From Candidatus Hodarchaeota archaeon (GTDB lineage Archaea > Asgardarchaeota > Heimdallarchaeia > Hodarchaeales > Hodarchaeaceae): a stretch of 47,200 nt of DNA. Shown in pieces: positions 1 through 10,037 of this stretch (position 1 is the stretch's first letter; each line of letters begins with the position of its first letter). Position numbers and translations under genes: made by a program. The notes below the pieces were generated by a model. It worked only from the letters and a program-made list of their open reading frames with translations. It had not been told where the DNA came from and made no database searches. Location: NCBI GenBank assembly GCA_016839785.1, contig JAEOTQ010000124.1, positions 1-47,200 on the forward strand, written 5' to 3'.

Positions 1-46
1 GTGTTGAATAAGCTTCTTTATTCTGATTTTCTGCAACCATAGACAT
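1..46 (-). CDS. Possible 5' end of a gene running off the left edge (MSMVAENQNKEAYST...)
   Basis: ATG at 46-44 on the minus strand, frame open to the window edge; too short to assess. Confidence 0.3.
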   Translation of the reverse strand, partial: MSMVAENQNKEAYST

Positions 47-180
47 ATTTCGACCTTTATATTGAATTAAATTCAGAATTAAATTTGGATTCTCGAGGAC
101 AGGCAAGAAAAAGGAAATGGATAAAGCTTATGCTTTACAATTTAGCCATTTAACACAGGTTAAATGACAGATACACAGAT

Positions 181-1278
181 CTAATGTTGTTGCATCTCTC
201 CACCACAGAACATGCAATTAGACATGTTTGTTTCTTTCATAGTGGAGTAGCAATCTGGACAAACACTTCTAAAACAGGTAAGACATTGATAGTGAGGAGC
301 GGAGATAGAAATTTCTCCCTCATGTAGATAACATCTTATTTTATCTGATCCCAATACTAAATAATCATCAGAGGCTGTATCATATGTTCCTGAGGTATCT
401 AAGAACCCCTGAATAAGTTGTTGTTCAACTAAATTTCTCAGTATCATATTCACTAGGGGAATGTCTAATTTATTAATTCGGGCAATTCGCGTTAATGGTA
501 TTTGCTTCCTTCCCTCAATATCGTGAATCATCGTAATGGTGTCTAATACAGCCTTTTTATGCTTATTTATTTCTCTTTCTTGCTTTCTGAAGTCTAAAAA
601 TGTACGAGTATTATTTTTGATGTCGGAGAATGACCAACGACGTTTATTTAATGCTTTAATGTCGTTGAGTACCGTGTTTGAAACATCTTTAACTCCTTTC
701 TTTGATAAATTAGTCTTCTGAGTTTGGTAATAATCTCCAAGGGAGGATACAGCACCTTTTCGATTTAATAATGATTTTACATCTTCTTTCTTAAAAATAC
801 GTGGAACAGGAATTAGTCCACCTTTACAATATGGACACGTATCTGTTTGTACGCTCTGATAACAAGAACTACAAATAAACCGTAAACAAGTACCACATTG
901 AAAGTGCAGGTCAAAAACAGAGTGTTCTGTTTGATCTATCTGACAAAAGTAGGTATCCTCACGAAGGATGAGAAACTGTTCATTAGACTCAGGATCTCTT
1001 TCGATGATACCATCAATTAACCGTTGCGCAGTAAATTCTTGAATAATAAAGATTACATCGTTCTCTGAGAGTTCAGTTTCCTTTGCAACTTCGCCTATCG
1101 CAATTCGACCTTCGTGTAATTTGTTAAGTCGAGAAATTGTAATAAAGGTTCGCTTAATTGGGTGTGAAGATATTTTATACTCCGTTTCATAAGCTTGAAA
1201 ATGAGTTACCTCAGAGTTGACAATTCGTGATACTGAAGCCTTAATTTTATCAGAAAAGCTTCGATTAGTTTGATTCAT
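181..1278 (-). CDS. Protein with two tandem [PCI-like winged helix + RING/C4C4-like Zn finger] units
   Basis: Two Cys clusters (CQID..H..CGTC..CSSC..CPYC; CYLH..H.QCLTC..CPDC..CMFC), each preceded by a WH-like segment (RIAIGEVAKETELSENDV..LIDGII; QIPLTRIARINKLDIPLV..LIQGFLD). Confidence 0.7.
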   Translation of the reverse strand: MNQTNRSFSDKIKASVSRIVNSEVTHFQAYETEYKISSHPIKRTFITISRLNKLHEGRIAIGEVAKETELSENDVIFIIQEFTAQRLIDGIIERDPESNEQFLILREDTYFCQIDQTEHSVFDLHFQCGTCLRFICSSCYQSVQTDTCPYCKGGLIPVPRIFKKEDVKSLLNRKGAVSSLGDYYQTQKTNLSKKGVKDVSNTVLNDIKALNKRRWSFSDIKNNTRTFLDFRKQEREINKHKKAVLDTITMIHDIEGRKQIPLTRIARINKLDIPLVNMILRNLVEQQLIQGFLDTSGTYDTASDDYLVLGSDKIRCYLHEGEISISAPHYQCLTCFRSVCPDCYSTMKETNMSNCMFCGGEMQQH

Positions 1279-1584
1279 GGCTTATCTAAATCAGACATCA
1301 AATCAATATTTAAGAATTGTTTTTCTGGAAAAGGACAAGGCGAGGGAGGTAAGTTTCAAAGGGAAATTTCGCTTTACGAATTTGAACTACTCATTTCTGA
1401 ACAACACAATAATCGGTTTACTAAAAAGCCGAATAGAAAAGGAATATCAGTATAATGTATTGTCCACGGTGTTCTAACACCTCGTCCAAGGTTAAAATGA
1501 GAGCTTCTAAAAGATCCTTTCACAAAAAAATTAAATTTCTATGTCCTAAATGTGGTTTGATTAAGATGAAACCTCATTAATCAG

Positions 1585-2535
1585 GTGATAATCTTGAATT
1601 TATCAATTGGTATATCTCTAGGATATTCTCGTTTTCTTTCGCAAGAAAAAGCTAAAACGAAAATCAACCAAATTGAGAAAGCACAGTTAAATTCTGTAGA
1701 ATTTGGATTACTAAACTGTGCTATTGGAAAAGCAAGTTTTTCTGGAATTAATCCCTTCCCCAAAGAAAATCAAACAAAATCCATACTTAAACTGTTCGAT
1801 AAACGGGAGTACTATTTTTCTGTACATGCCCCCTATCGAATTTCAGCTACGACTGAAGAAGAATCTAAGTTAAAATATTCAAAATCCAACCTTTCAGCAA
1901 CTATGAAGGTAACAGATTGGCTTAATGGACGTCATGTTACTTTTCATGCAGGGTCCTTTAAGAAAAAACATAATAACAAACATGTAGAAAAAGTTCTGAA
2001 AAGTTGGGAACAGTGGAGACAAGATAAAGGATATACTGCAAAATTAGCTCCCGAGGTTGGAGGAAAATACAACAGTTTTGCAGATTTTTTCACTCTGGTG
2101 GATATTACAGGGGGGATTGATAATTGTTTAATGACGTGGGATATAAGTCATGATTTTGCTCGTGGGGGTAAAATTATTGATGAGGTGGGAATTTTGAATC
2201 GATTAGAGAAGCTAGACCAAGCTTTTAATCTTAGTCCTTCAAATCGATTACCTATGCATTTTTCAGGCATGGTTGTAGGTAAAACAGGCGAAAAACATCA
2301 TACTCTTCTTGGAAAGGGAAACGGCGTACCTTGGGAATTAGTTCTTTCGGTTTTAAAAGAACAGAACTTTTTATCAAAGGTAAATCTTATCTGTGAAAGT
2401 AAAGTACCGAAAGGCGAGAAAATGAAAGGTGATGCTATTTCTGATGCACTGAAAGCACGCCGATTTCTAGAATCTGATCGGATTGTCAAACAATATAAAG
2501 GAAAACCTGGAAATCTAGATTTTTACTTCACATAA
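1585..2535 (+). CDS. Archaeal endonuclease IV-like / xylose-isomerase TIM-barrel protein
   Basis: Metal-ligand motifs SVHAPY, FHAG, PEVGGK, WDISH, MHFSG, GEKHH, ICES; exact start uncertain. Confidence 0.75.
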   Translation: MIILNLSIGISLGYSRFLSQEKAKTKINQIEKAQLNSVEFGLLNCAIGKASFSGINPFPKENQTKSILKLFDKREYYFSVHAPYRISATTEEESKLKYSKSNLSATMKVTDWLNGRHVTFHAGSFKKKHNNKHVEKVLKSWEQWRQDKGYTAKLAPEVGGKYNSFADFFTLVDITGGIDNCLMTWDISHDFARGGKIIDEVGILNRLEKLDQAFNLSPSNRLPMHFSGMVVGKTGEKHHTLLGKGNGVPWELVLSVLKEQNFLSKVNLICESKVPKGEKMKGDAISDALKARRFLESDRIVKQYKGKPGNLDFYFT

Positions 2536-3887
2536 AACTTCTCTTTTTTCCTTTGTCGAATTTTTAGTAGAATAATTAGAGAGATTAGGAGGGAGGAAAA
2601 TGCTATTCCTAAGGAATTATCGAAAAAACCGCTCTCGAAATCCGCAGTAGTATTTGTTTTCAAAGTTGTAGTGTGATCAGTTGTTGAAAAGGTATCAATC
2701 GAGTCCAAATTCTCTTCAAGGGTGTAAATTATTCCATCATATCCACATATATAATATTCTCCATTATAACTTACACCAAACGATGCAATATTTACAGTAC
2801 TATCTGCTATCAATATATTCTCAGTATTAGAGCTATTTACAGTCAGTGCCCATATTTTCCCAGATCCATAGTCACCATAAATGTATTTAGTATATAAACT
2901 CGGGATTTTTGTTCCATAGTAAACATAGCCACCTGTAATACTGGTTCCTTCAGAATGATCATATTCCCAGACAGGAGGTTGTAACCCTGAGGAATCGCAA
3001 TCTAGAGTAATATAACAATGAGTTCCCTCCTGTATATTCCACCCATAATTTCCTCCGTTTTCAACGATATCTATTTCCTCATAACTATTCTGGCCTACAT
3101 CGCCTACCCAGAGAGATGAAGTATTAAAATCAAAACTCATACGCCAAGGATTACGTAAACCATACGCAAAAATTTCTTCTCGATAACCCTCAAGGTTTCC
3201 AACGAAGGGATTATCATTAGGAATAGCATAATTATTACCTGAGGTTTTTGAATCAATATCTATCCTAAGAATAGCTCCTAACAAAGTTGTTCGATCTTGT
3301 CCATTTTTATCAGGATCACCTGAGCCCCCACCATCACCCATAGCGATGTATAAGTATCCATCAGAAGCAAAAAGGATTTCCCCACCATTATGGTTGCTAT
3401 AGGGTTGTAAAACCTCTAGGATGATAACTTCTGAACTTTCATTTGCTAGATCATGATCATTGTCCATGATCCTGAATTCACTTACGATAGTTCTTCTTGG
3501 TTCGTCAGCAACATAGTTGATATAAAATAGTCCATTTGAATTAAATTCGGGATGAAAAGCTAAACCCAATAGACCCTGTTCTCCTCCGTATAAAACTTGA
3601 TCTTGGATATCTAAAAATACTTTGGTAGAATCATTACTCTCCGAACTATCGATAATCTGAATAATCCCTACCTGTTCGACAACGAATAAGCGGTTATCAT
3701 CAGCATTAAAAATCCCAACGGGTCTAGAGAAACTTAAATTCGGGAAGGCAACAGAAATGTCATAATTGGTCTCCACATTTTGATTAAACGAATTTGTGGA
3801 TGAAAGAATTCCTGTAAGAACTAATACAAGAAGAACAGTAACAGAAATTACTGTCATTTCAGCTTTGGTAACTTTGAGTAATTTCAA
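2523..3887 (-). CDS. PQQ-dependent glucose/sorbosone dehydrogenase family beta-propeller, secreted and C-terminally anchored
   Basis: GEQGLLGLAFHP, NHNGG, YIAMGDGG, AYGLRNPWR, SITGGYVY motifs; N-terminal hydrophobic signal; C-terminal TM followed by a basic tail. Confidence 0.9.
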   Translation of the reverse strand: MKLLKVTKAEMTVISVTVLLVLVLTGILSSTNSFNQNVETNYDISVAFPNLSFSRPVGIFNADDNRLFVVEQVGIIQIIDSSESNDSTKVFLDIQDQVLYGGEQGLLGLAFHPEFNSNGLFYINYVADEPRRTIVSEFRIMDNDHDLANESSEVIILEVLQPYSNHNGGEILFASDGYLYIAMGDGGGSGDPDKNGQDRTTLLGAILRIDIDSKTSGNNYAIPNDNPFVGNLEGYREEIFAYGLRNPWRMSFDFNTSSLWVGDVGQNSYEEIDIVENGGNYGWNIQEGTHCYITLDCDSSGLQPPVWEYDHSEGTSITGGYVYYGTKIPSLYTKYIYGDYGSGKIWALTVNSSNTENILIADSTVNIASFGVSYNGEYYICGYDGIIYTLEENLDSIDTFSTTDHTTTLKTNTTADFESGFFDNSLGIAFSSLLISLIILLKIRQRKKEKFYVK

Positions 3888-4029
3888 AAAGAATCCCGAT
3901 TAAGTAATTCACTATGGTGATATAAGATTTATATTACGAAAAAATACAACGAATTAGTACGATCGAAACATTCTTGATCTTAACCTTGTTGATATATCGA
4001 GAATAGTACATAATCGGAATGTAGTTAGA

Positions 4030-5223
4030 ATGGTTACCTTAAAAATTCCGCAATTAAGATTTGAGCAACGGCAGAAAAAATTTCTTCAAACCATCAAAGA
4101 GAAAGGGCTTTCCCATTTTATTGTGTTAAGTCCCAAGTCAATTTATTATTTAACAGGTTTTTCTATGATTCCTACCGAAAGACCATTTATGTTGATTTTC
4201 AAAAATGATGAAATTAATTTCTTTGTCCCTGAATTAGAGAAAATTCATGTTATAGAAGAAGCCCCATCAGTAAAAGAAGTAGGGAGTTATTTCGAATATC
4301 CCGACGAGGTCCATCCTTTGAATCATTTTGCGAATTTTATTAAGAATCATCTTAACATCAGAAGTAAGATTGGTGCAGAGGGACGAGGAGCTCCTGGGTT
4401 ATGGGGATACCAAGGACCATCTTTTCAAGAGGTTTTAAAGAATATAGTCCCAATACATCCAGATATTATTACTGACATGCGAATTCTAAAGGATTCAGAT
4501 GAAATTGAATGCATTAAAGAAAGTGCTCGATGGGGTGCGAAAGCCCATGAACTTCTTCAACGATATACTCATGAGGGAGAAAATGAAATCGATGTATCAT
4601 TTCAAGCCTCACATGACGCCTCGAAACGAATGAGAACTGAACTGGGTCCTCATTATGCACCTGTCGGTTATGGATCTCGACCGTGTGATGTGGGGTATCG
4701 AGGGCAAATTGGGACTTATAGCGCTATTCCTCATGCCATGACACGGAACGCAGTATTTCAAAAAGGCGATACACTGGTGACAGGAGCAAGTGCAAATATT
4801 GCTGGCTATTTATCTGAGTTAGAAAGGACAATGTTTATCGGTGAACCTACTGAGAAGCAAAAAGGGTATTTTTCAATCATGTTGAAAGCTCAACAGGTAG
4901 CGTTTGATACGATGAAACCAGATATCCCTGTGTCAGAAGTAGACCGAGCCTGTCGTAAGATCTTTAAAGTAAATGGTGTTATGAATTTTATCCAACACCA
5001 TACAGGGCATGCAATTGGGTTAGAGGCTCATGAACGTCCCTTTCTTGATAAAGGACTGGATCGAGTATTAATGAAACCAGGTATGGTCTTCACAGTCGAA
5101 CCAGGTATCTATGATCGATCTATTGGTGGATTTCGACATTCTGATACCGTAATTATTACTAATGAAGGTAATGAACACATAACGATGTATCCCCGCGACC
5201 TTGAAAATTTAATAATAAACTAA
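4030..5223 (+). CDS. Xaa-Pro peptidase (M24 family)
   Basis: Creatinase-like N-domain (YYLTGF), HHTGHAIGLEAHERP, TVEPGIY, GFRHSDTV. Confidence 0.9.
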   Translation: MVTLKIPQLRFEQRQKKFLQTIKEKGLSHFIVLSPKSIYYLTGFSMIPTERPFMLIFKNDEINFFVPELEKIHVIEEAPSVKEVGSYFEYPDEVHPLNHFANFIKNHLNIRSKIGAEGRGAPGLWGYQGPSFQEVLKNIVPIHPDIITDMRILKDSDEIECIKESARWGAKAHELLQRYTHEGENEIDVSFQASHDASKRMRTELGPHYAPVGYGSRPCDVGYRGQIGTYSAIPHAMTRNAVFQKGDTLVTGASANIAGYLSELERTMFIGEPTEKQKGYFSIMLKAQQVAFDTMKPDIPVSEVDRACRKIFKVNGVMNFIQHHTGHAIGLEAHERPFLDKGLDRVLMKPGMVFTVEPGIYDRSIGGFRHSDTVIITNEGNEHITMYPRDLENLIIN

Positions 5224-5232
5224 GGTGATAAT

Positions 5233-5625
5233 GTGTCAGATCTATTAGAATTAGGAATTGAGTTACTTCGACAAGTGGAGAATGAAAAAGCTATTGACAC
5301 GTTCAAAAAAGTCCTGGAGAGAGACCCTCATAATCCTGAGGTATATAGGCATCTTGGATTAGCTTATTTCAACATTGGTAATTATTCTGAGGCTTCAAAC
5401 TGCTGGAATCGATGTTTAGATCTCGATCCCAAGCATCATCAAACTTGGTGGAATCTCGGTCAGCTTCACGAAAGTTTGGGCGATTTTGAAAAAGCCTATC
5501 ATGCATATTCAAAAGCTGAAACTACTGCAAGTGATATTCCTTCAAAAGCTTCGAGATACAAAGAATGGGCGCACAAAGCTCATCGAAATATAAGTAAACA
5601 GAAGAAATCAGATGAATCAGCATGA
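5233..5625 (+). CDS. TPR-repeat protein
   Basis: Three TPR-like units (AIDTFKKVLERDP, YRHLGLAY, WWNLGQLH); GGTGA RBS before the GTG. Confidence 0.85.
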   Translation: MSDLLELGIELLRQVENEKAIDTFKKVLERDPHNPEVYRHLGLAYFNIGNYSEASNCWNRCLDLDPKHHQTWWNLGQLHESLGDFEKAYHAYSKAETTASDIPSKASRYKEWAHKAHRNISKQKKSDESA

Positions 5626-6155
5626 GTAAAGTACCAATGAAATCACAAGAAATCAGACAACAAATTGTGGAGATCATAACAGGACTTAGAACATATGGTC
5701 ATTGGATGCTGGAGGATCTTACAAGAGAAGAAATTCTATGGAAACCTGAAAACACAAGCGCGCGAACGATTCAGAGTTACATACGACATATAATTAATGC
5801 AGAAATTTTCTGGTTAAAGCATTTGGGAGACGAAACCTATAGTTACGAATCTAAAACTAGTGAGTTTCAGAAGCTGCTAGAAACATATACTCAACTTGCG
5901 AATCACTTTATTACCAATATTCAGAACTGTGACGAGTCCCAACTCAAATTTCATACTCCAAAATATGAAGGTGAGGAATTGAAAACACCAGGGACGATGA
6001 GTTGGGTAGTATTAAGAACATCCTTGCACGCGATTCACCATTTTGGACAAATTGCCGCACTACGTTATTCCATGGAGAAACCCCCGAACAAAGAAAATCA
6101 AAAAATTACCTGGGGAGAAGCAATGGATATCGTTGTTAAGGCAATGCTTCTATAA
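5622..6155 (+). CDS. DinB/YfiT-like family protein
   Basis: RTIQSYIRHIINAEIFWL and HAIHHFGQI histidine pattern. Confidence 0.8.
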   Translation: MSKVPMKSQEIRQQIVEIITGLRTYGHWMLEDLTREEILWKPENTSARTIQSYIRHIINAEIFWLKHLGDETYSYESKTSEFQKLLETYTQLANHFITNIQNCDESQLKFHTPKYEGEELKTPGTMSWVVLRTSLHAIHHFGQIAALRYSMEKPPNKENQKITWGEAMDIVVKAMLL

Positions 6156-6170
6156 AAAAAGGGAAGAGGA
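6154..6170 (-). terminator. T-tract terminator candidate for the acyl-CoA dehydrogenase gene
   Basis: Minus strand reads CCTCTTCCCTTTTTTT just after the stop, between convergent genes. Confidence 0.4.
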
Positions 6171-6179
6171 ATATGACAG

Positions 6180-7343
6180 CTATTTATAACAGCCAATATA
6201 CCGAGAAATAACTAAACGCTGTATTTCACTAGTCCCTTCACCTATTTCCAACAATTTTTGATCCCGATAGAATCGTTCAACAGGGTATTCTTTCATCAGG
6301 CCATAACCCCCATGTATCTGGACTGCATGGTTAACTACACGGTTGGCTACTTCCGAACAGTACAGTTTCGCCATAGCAGCGTACTTTTTATATTCAGAAC
6401 GGCCCTGATCATATAGCCACGTCGCTTTATATAATAAATTCCGCGCAGCTTCAATTTCTGTTGCCATATCGGCTAGTTTGAATGCATTTGCTTGAAAAGT
6501 TGCAATCTTTCTGCCAAAAGCTTTACGTTGTTGCGCATATTCTAGAGCAAGCTCATATGCACCAACTGCACACCCCAATCCCATCGCTGCAATGCTTAAT
6601 CTCCCCTTGTCTAGAGTGTCCAACATTTGATGGAAACCTTCGCCACGTTTGCCTAGCATTTGGCTTTCAGGGATTTTACAATTCGTAAAGAATAGTTCTG
6701 ACGTGATAGAAGCTCTCCACATCATTTTTCGATGCATCTCTTGTGCTTCAAATCCTTCTGTTCCTTGGTCTACCAGGAAACATGTGTATTCCTTTTTTCC
6801 ATCTGGCCGTGATCCTGTTATAGTCTGTACTGTAACACCTAAAGAGGAAGGAGATGACCCATTGGTGATGAAGTTTTTACTTCCATTGATAATCCATGAA
6901 TCCCCTTCTTTCACCGCTTTTGTTTTAGATGCACCAGCATCAGAACCAGCTTCAGGTTCTGTAAGCCCAAATCCCCATAACTTATCTCCAGTGGTTAATT
7001 GGGGAAGATAGTGTTCTTTTTGTTCTTTTGAGCCGAAATAATAGATGGGACCAATTCCTAGAGAGTTATGTGCAGCAATTGTAGCAGCTTGGCTTCCATC
7101 CACGCGAGCTAGTTCTTCTACTGCAACAATATAGGCAAGATAAGATAATTCTGAACCCCCATACTCTTCCGGAATATATACACCTAATAATCCTAAATCA
7201 CCCATTTTCTTTGTCAACGTTGGAGAAAACTGTTCTTTCTCATCAAGATCCCCTGCTATCGGAGCTATTTCTTTTTCAGCGAATTCTCGTACTGCTTCAC
7301 GCATCATACTTGCTTCTTCAGGTAAATCATATGAAAGTGTCAT
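6180..7343 (-). CDS. Acyl-CoA dehydrogenase (short/branched-chain type)
   Basis: FGLTEPEAGSDA, INGSKNFITNG, QIHGGYG, EIGEGTSEIQR. Confidence 0.95.
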   Translation of the reverse strand: MTLSYDLPEEASMMREAVREFAEKEIAPIAGDLDEKEQFSPTLTKKMGDLGLLGVYIPEEYGGSELSYLAYIVAVEELARVDGSQAATIAAHNSLGIGPIYYFGSKEQKEHYLPQLTTGDKLWGFGLTEPEAGSDAGASKTKAVKEGDSWIINGSKNFITNGSSPSSLGVTVQTITGSRPDGKKEYTCFLVDQGTEGFEAQEMHRKMMWRASITSELFFTNCKIPESQMLGKRGEGFHQMLDTLDKGRLSIAAMGLGCAVGAYELALEYAQQRKAFGRKIATFQANAFKLADMATEIEAARNLLYKATWLYDQGRSEYKKYAAMAKLYCSEVANRVVNHAVQIHGGYGLMKEYPVERFYRDQKLLEIGEGTSEIQRLVISRYIGCYK

Positions 7344-7698
7344 GTTAGAGTCACCTTAGCTTATTAACTAATTATAGAAATGAGTTACCTAATACCTTTG
7401 TAAATATTCCATCCTCACTTTGGAATCTTATAGAACACTAAAATGGCTGGAAAGTCAAATAAAAGACAAAGTTTATTTACTTTTCAAGAATTCATTCTGT
7501 AAACTCGATCATTCTTAAAATCCTTGACAATTGCGATTGATATGGTTTAAATACTAGAGTTGAGTCAATCGACGCATATTAATAATGAGTCGAAAGAAAA
7601 ACTAAAAAGTTAGTTCAATACGCACCAGAATAGGAAATTGTAAAAAGGCTGTTTTCGATCAAAAAATCCCTTAGTTTTATTTGTTTTGAGGATTACAT

Positions 7699-10017
7699 AT
7701 GGCATCTGAAAGTTCTAAATCTCTAGTTATCGTTTCAGTAGGTGTAGAACACTCTCCTTTATTACAGAATTTTCTTGATGCTGGTTTACAATTAACAATC
7801 TTACCCAATACCACAGGAGATTTTAGTTTAACGGATGAGAATGGTGCTGAAAAGGAAAATGAAATTTGGTATCATCATGAAATCATCAAATTGGCAAGTT
7901 CAATAGTACCTGATGATTTTGCTCAGAGCTCTCTTGCTAAAATCTTTACTAAACCCATTTCTGAGACACCCATGCCTCTTACTGATGCAGAACGCTTTTT
8001 GATCCAGTGGGTATCAGAACAACATAAAGCGAAACATGATTTTACTGATTTTTTCGTTGCTTTAAACGAGTATTCAAATAAGAAGATATCAGTTCATCCA
8101 TTAAAGCTTCCTGAGACTGTATTAACATTACATGGAGAAGAATTTGATATTCCACTAAGATATTTTCAGGTGACGGGCTTTATAGATAGAAAAGCGGAAA
8201 GTAAACCAGATTTAGATGAACTGCGTAATCTTCTCAACGAAACTAAAGAGGGAAAGAGCAACAAAAAAACTAAACCAAAAATTGCAATAAACGGACTAAA
8301 TACGAAGCGAGATATCTTAGAAGAGGCAGCAAAAAAAGCAATTACAGAAGCAGATGCGATTTTAATCCTAGCAAGTGATCCATGTTCTCTTGGAATCCTT
8401 CTTCTACATAAAGAATTTACTCGTGTTATTCGTGAGAGTAAAGCCCCATCCACTCTTGTTTGTCCGATTAAGTTTTCATTTCGTGAACAATTTATTTTAG
8501 AATTACTTTCTATCAAACCTAGCTTGGTCGGTATTGCAGAACTATGCTCTGGTGCTATTGACCATCTGGTTGTTGGTCCTGACGATGCCAGTGAAGTAAA
8601 AACGTTAAGAGATCAAGGTTTTAATGTACTAATGGAAGATTTGACAAAAATAAAAGATGCTCAAGGATTAACAACCATTTTAAAGGGATTGGGAATCTCA
8701 CTTAAAGAATTATCAGTTGAAAGTGAAGAACAGAGTAAAAAAAGCAGTTTAGAGGACCTAGTGACCAAATTAACTTATTCAACTACAGATAACAACTCAA
8801 CCGCTGATATTGCGGATACTGTGGAGGAAGCTGAGACTACTGTAGAACTACCTGACAATCAGGTGGCTGTTAAGGAAAAGCCACGGCCTGTTGTTAAATT
8901 ACAGGATACGGAAACGCGTAATTATGATTTTGAGGACCCTGAATTAGTTTTGACACAGGAAATGATTGAATCATTAATGGAAGAATTGACTGAAGACTTC
9001 ACACCTCCTGAAGACAAACCTGCAATCACTACGGTAGAGAAAACGGAAGAAAAGGTAGCTGAAGAAAGTCAAGAAGTATTCACAGAATCAATTGAGAATT
9101 TCCTAAGTTTTGACGAATCACTTAATCGATCAGAAATGATTCAAAGGATAAGTGAGAGAATATCAAAGAATGCAGATATGGCAGGATATGCAGCAAAAAA
9201 GCTCACAGGTGCCCTTATTTCCTCAAAAACACCTCCCCAGTTTTTAGATGAGTATATTTCTTTAATTAGGACAAGACCCCTATTATTCATTAAAGAATTG
9301 GTGGATTGGCTTGTAACGGATGTAGAAAGTCCTGATTACGTCACGTTTTCCCAAAAATCATTGATTATTGTAAAAATTGGCAGGATCGAAACTCCTTTTG
9401 TAGAGCAAATTATAGAACACTTAGTTAAATATCGGATGACCCAGAAGTTAGCTCCAAAGGAGAGGGAACACCTTCGTACTATTATTGGTATGATTACTGC
9501 TCGAGATGTAACTTTACAGCGTAAAGCAATACGTGAATATCTCTCTCATTATGAAACATTAAAGAAACCTGATGATGTCTGGCTTGGGCTATTAAAATAT
9601 GATGCTGCATTAGTTGCACTGGAACTCATTGAACATGAGTCAAAAAGAGGGATAAAAATTGTTCAAGATGCATTAACACGAGACTTAGGAAGTTTTGGAC
9701 ATATTGTCTATGAAGTATTTGCAGCATATCAGAAAGGTGACATCCAAAGTGTGCTTTCAGCTGCTGGTCCATTATCAGATGGCTTAGTCCGAAAGCAAAA
9801 GAGAGTCGAGCTTGCAGAGAAAATTACGAAATTTGGGAGTATTCCAATTGAAATACTTGCCAATAATGTACAAATGGATCCTAAAGAGTTAGAATCCCTT
9901 GTGTATGAAATGATCAATGAAAATGAAATAAATGCAAAAATTGGGGTCGTAGAGGGGCGTCTCTGTATTGTACAATTAGGGGAGAATGGTAGTAATAATC
10001 AAAAAAATAATGATTAG
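7699..10017 (+). CDS. Hypothetical multidomain protein: degenerate CofD/YvcK-like N-domain, acidic linker, helical region, C-terminal PCI-like winged helix
   Basis: AKKAITEADAILILASDPCSLG..APSTLVCPI resembles CofD; SIPIEILANNVQMDPKELESLVYEMINENEINAKI resembles a PCI C-terminus. Confidence 0.55.
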   Translation: MASESSKSLVIVSVGVEHSPLLQNFLDAGLQLTILPNTTGDFSLTDENGAEKENEIWYHHEIIKLASSIVPDDFAQSSLAKIFTKPISETPMPLTDAERFLIQWVSEQHKAKHDFTDFFVALNEYSNKKISVHPLKLPETVLTLHGEEFDIPLRYFQVTGFIDRKAESKPDLDELRNLLNETKEGKSNKKTKPKIAINGLNTKRDILEEAAKKAITEADAILILASDPCSLGILLLHKEFTRVIRESKAPSTLVCPIKFSFREQFILELLSIKPSLVGIAELCSGAIDHLVVGPDDASEVKTLRDQGFNVLMEDLTKIKDAQGLTTILKGLGISLKELSVESEEQSKKSSLEDLVTKLTYSTTDNNSTADIADTVEEAETTVELPDNQVAVKEKPRPVVKLQDTETRNYDFEDPELVLTQEMIESLMEELTEDFTPPEDKPAITTVEKTEEKVAEESQEVFTESIENFLSFDESLNRSEMIQRISERISKNADMAGYAAKKLTGALISSKTPPQFLDEYISLIRTRPLLFIKELVDWLVTDVESPDYVTFSQKSLIIVKIGRIETPFVEQIIEHLVKYRMTQKLAPKEREHLRTIIGMITARDVTLQRKAIREYLSHYETLKKPDDVWLGLLKYDAALVALELIEHESKRGIKIVQDALTRDLGSFGHIVYEVFAAYQKGDIQSVLSAAGPLSDGLVRKQKRVELAEKITKFGSIPIEILANNVQMDPKELESLVYEMINENEINAKIGVVEGRLCIVQLGENGSNNQKNND

Positions 10018-10037
10018 TACACTTCGAACCTTCGTTC

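Noticed and set aside
1270-1477. Two short plus-strand ORFs in the gap before the endonuclease IV-like gene
   Set aside because: They overlap the start and promoter region of the divergent gene and have no motif; not supportable, though 1277-1477 cannot be fully excluded
2523-3887. Similarity of the GSDH propeller to Hedgehog-interacting protein as a eukaryotic signature
   Set aside because: The family is widespread in bacteria and archaea; nothing here is specific to HHIP
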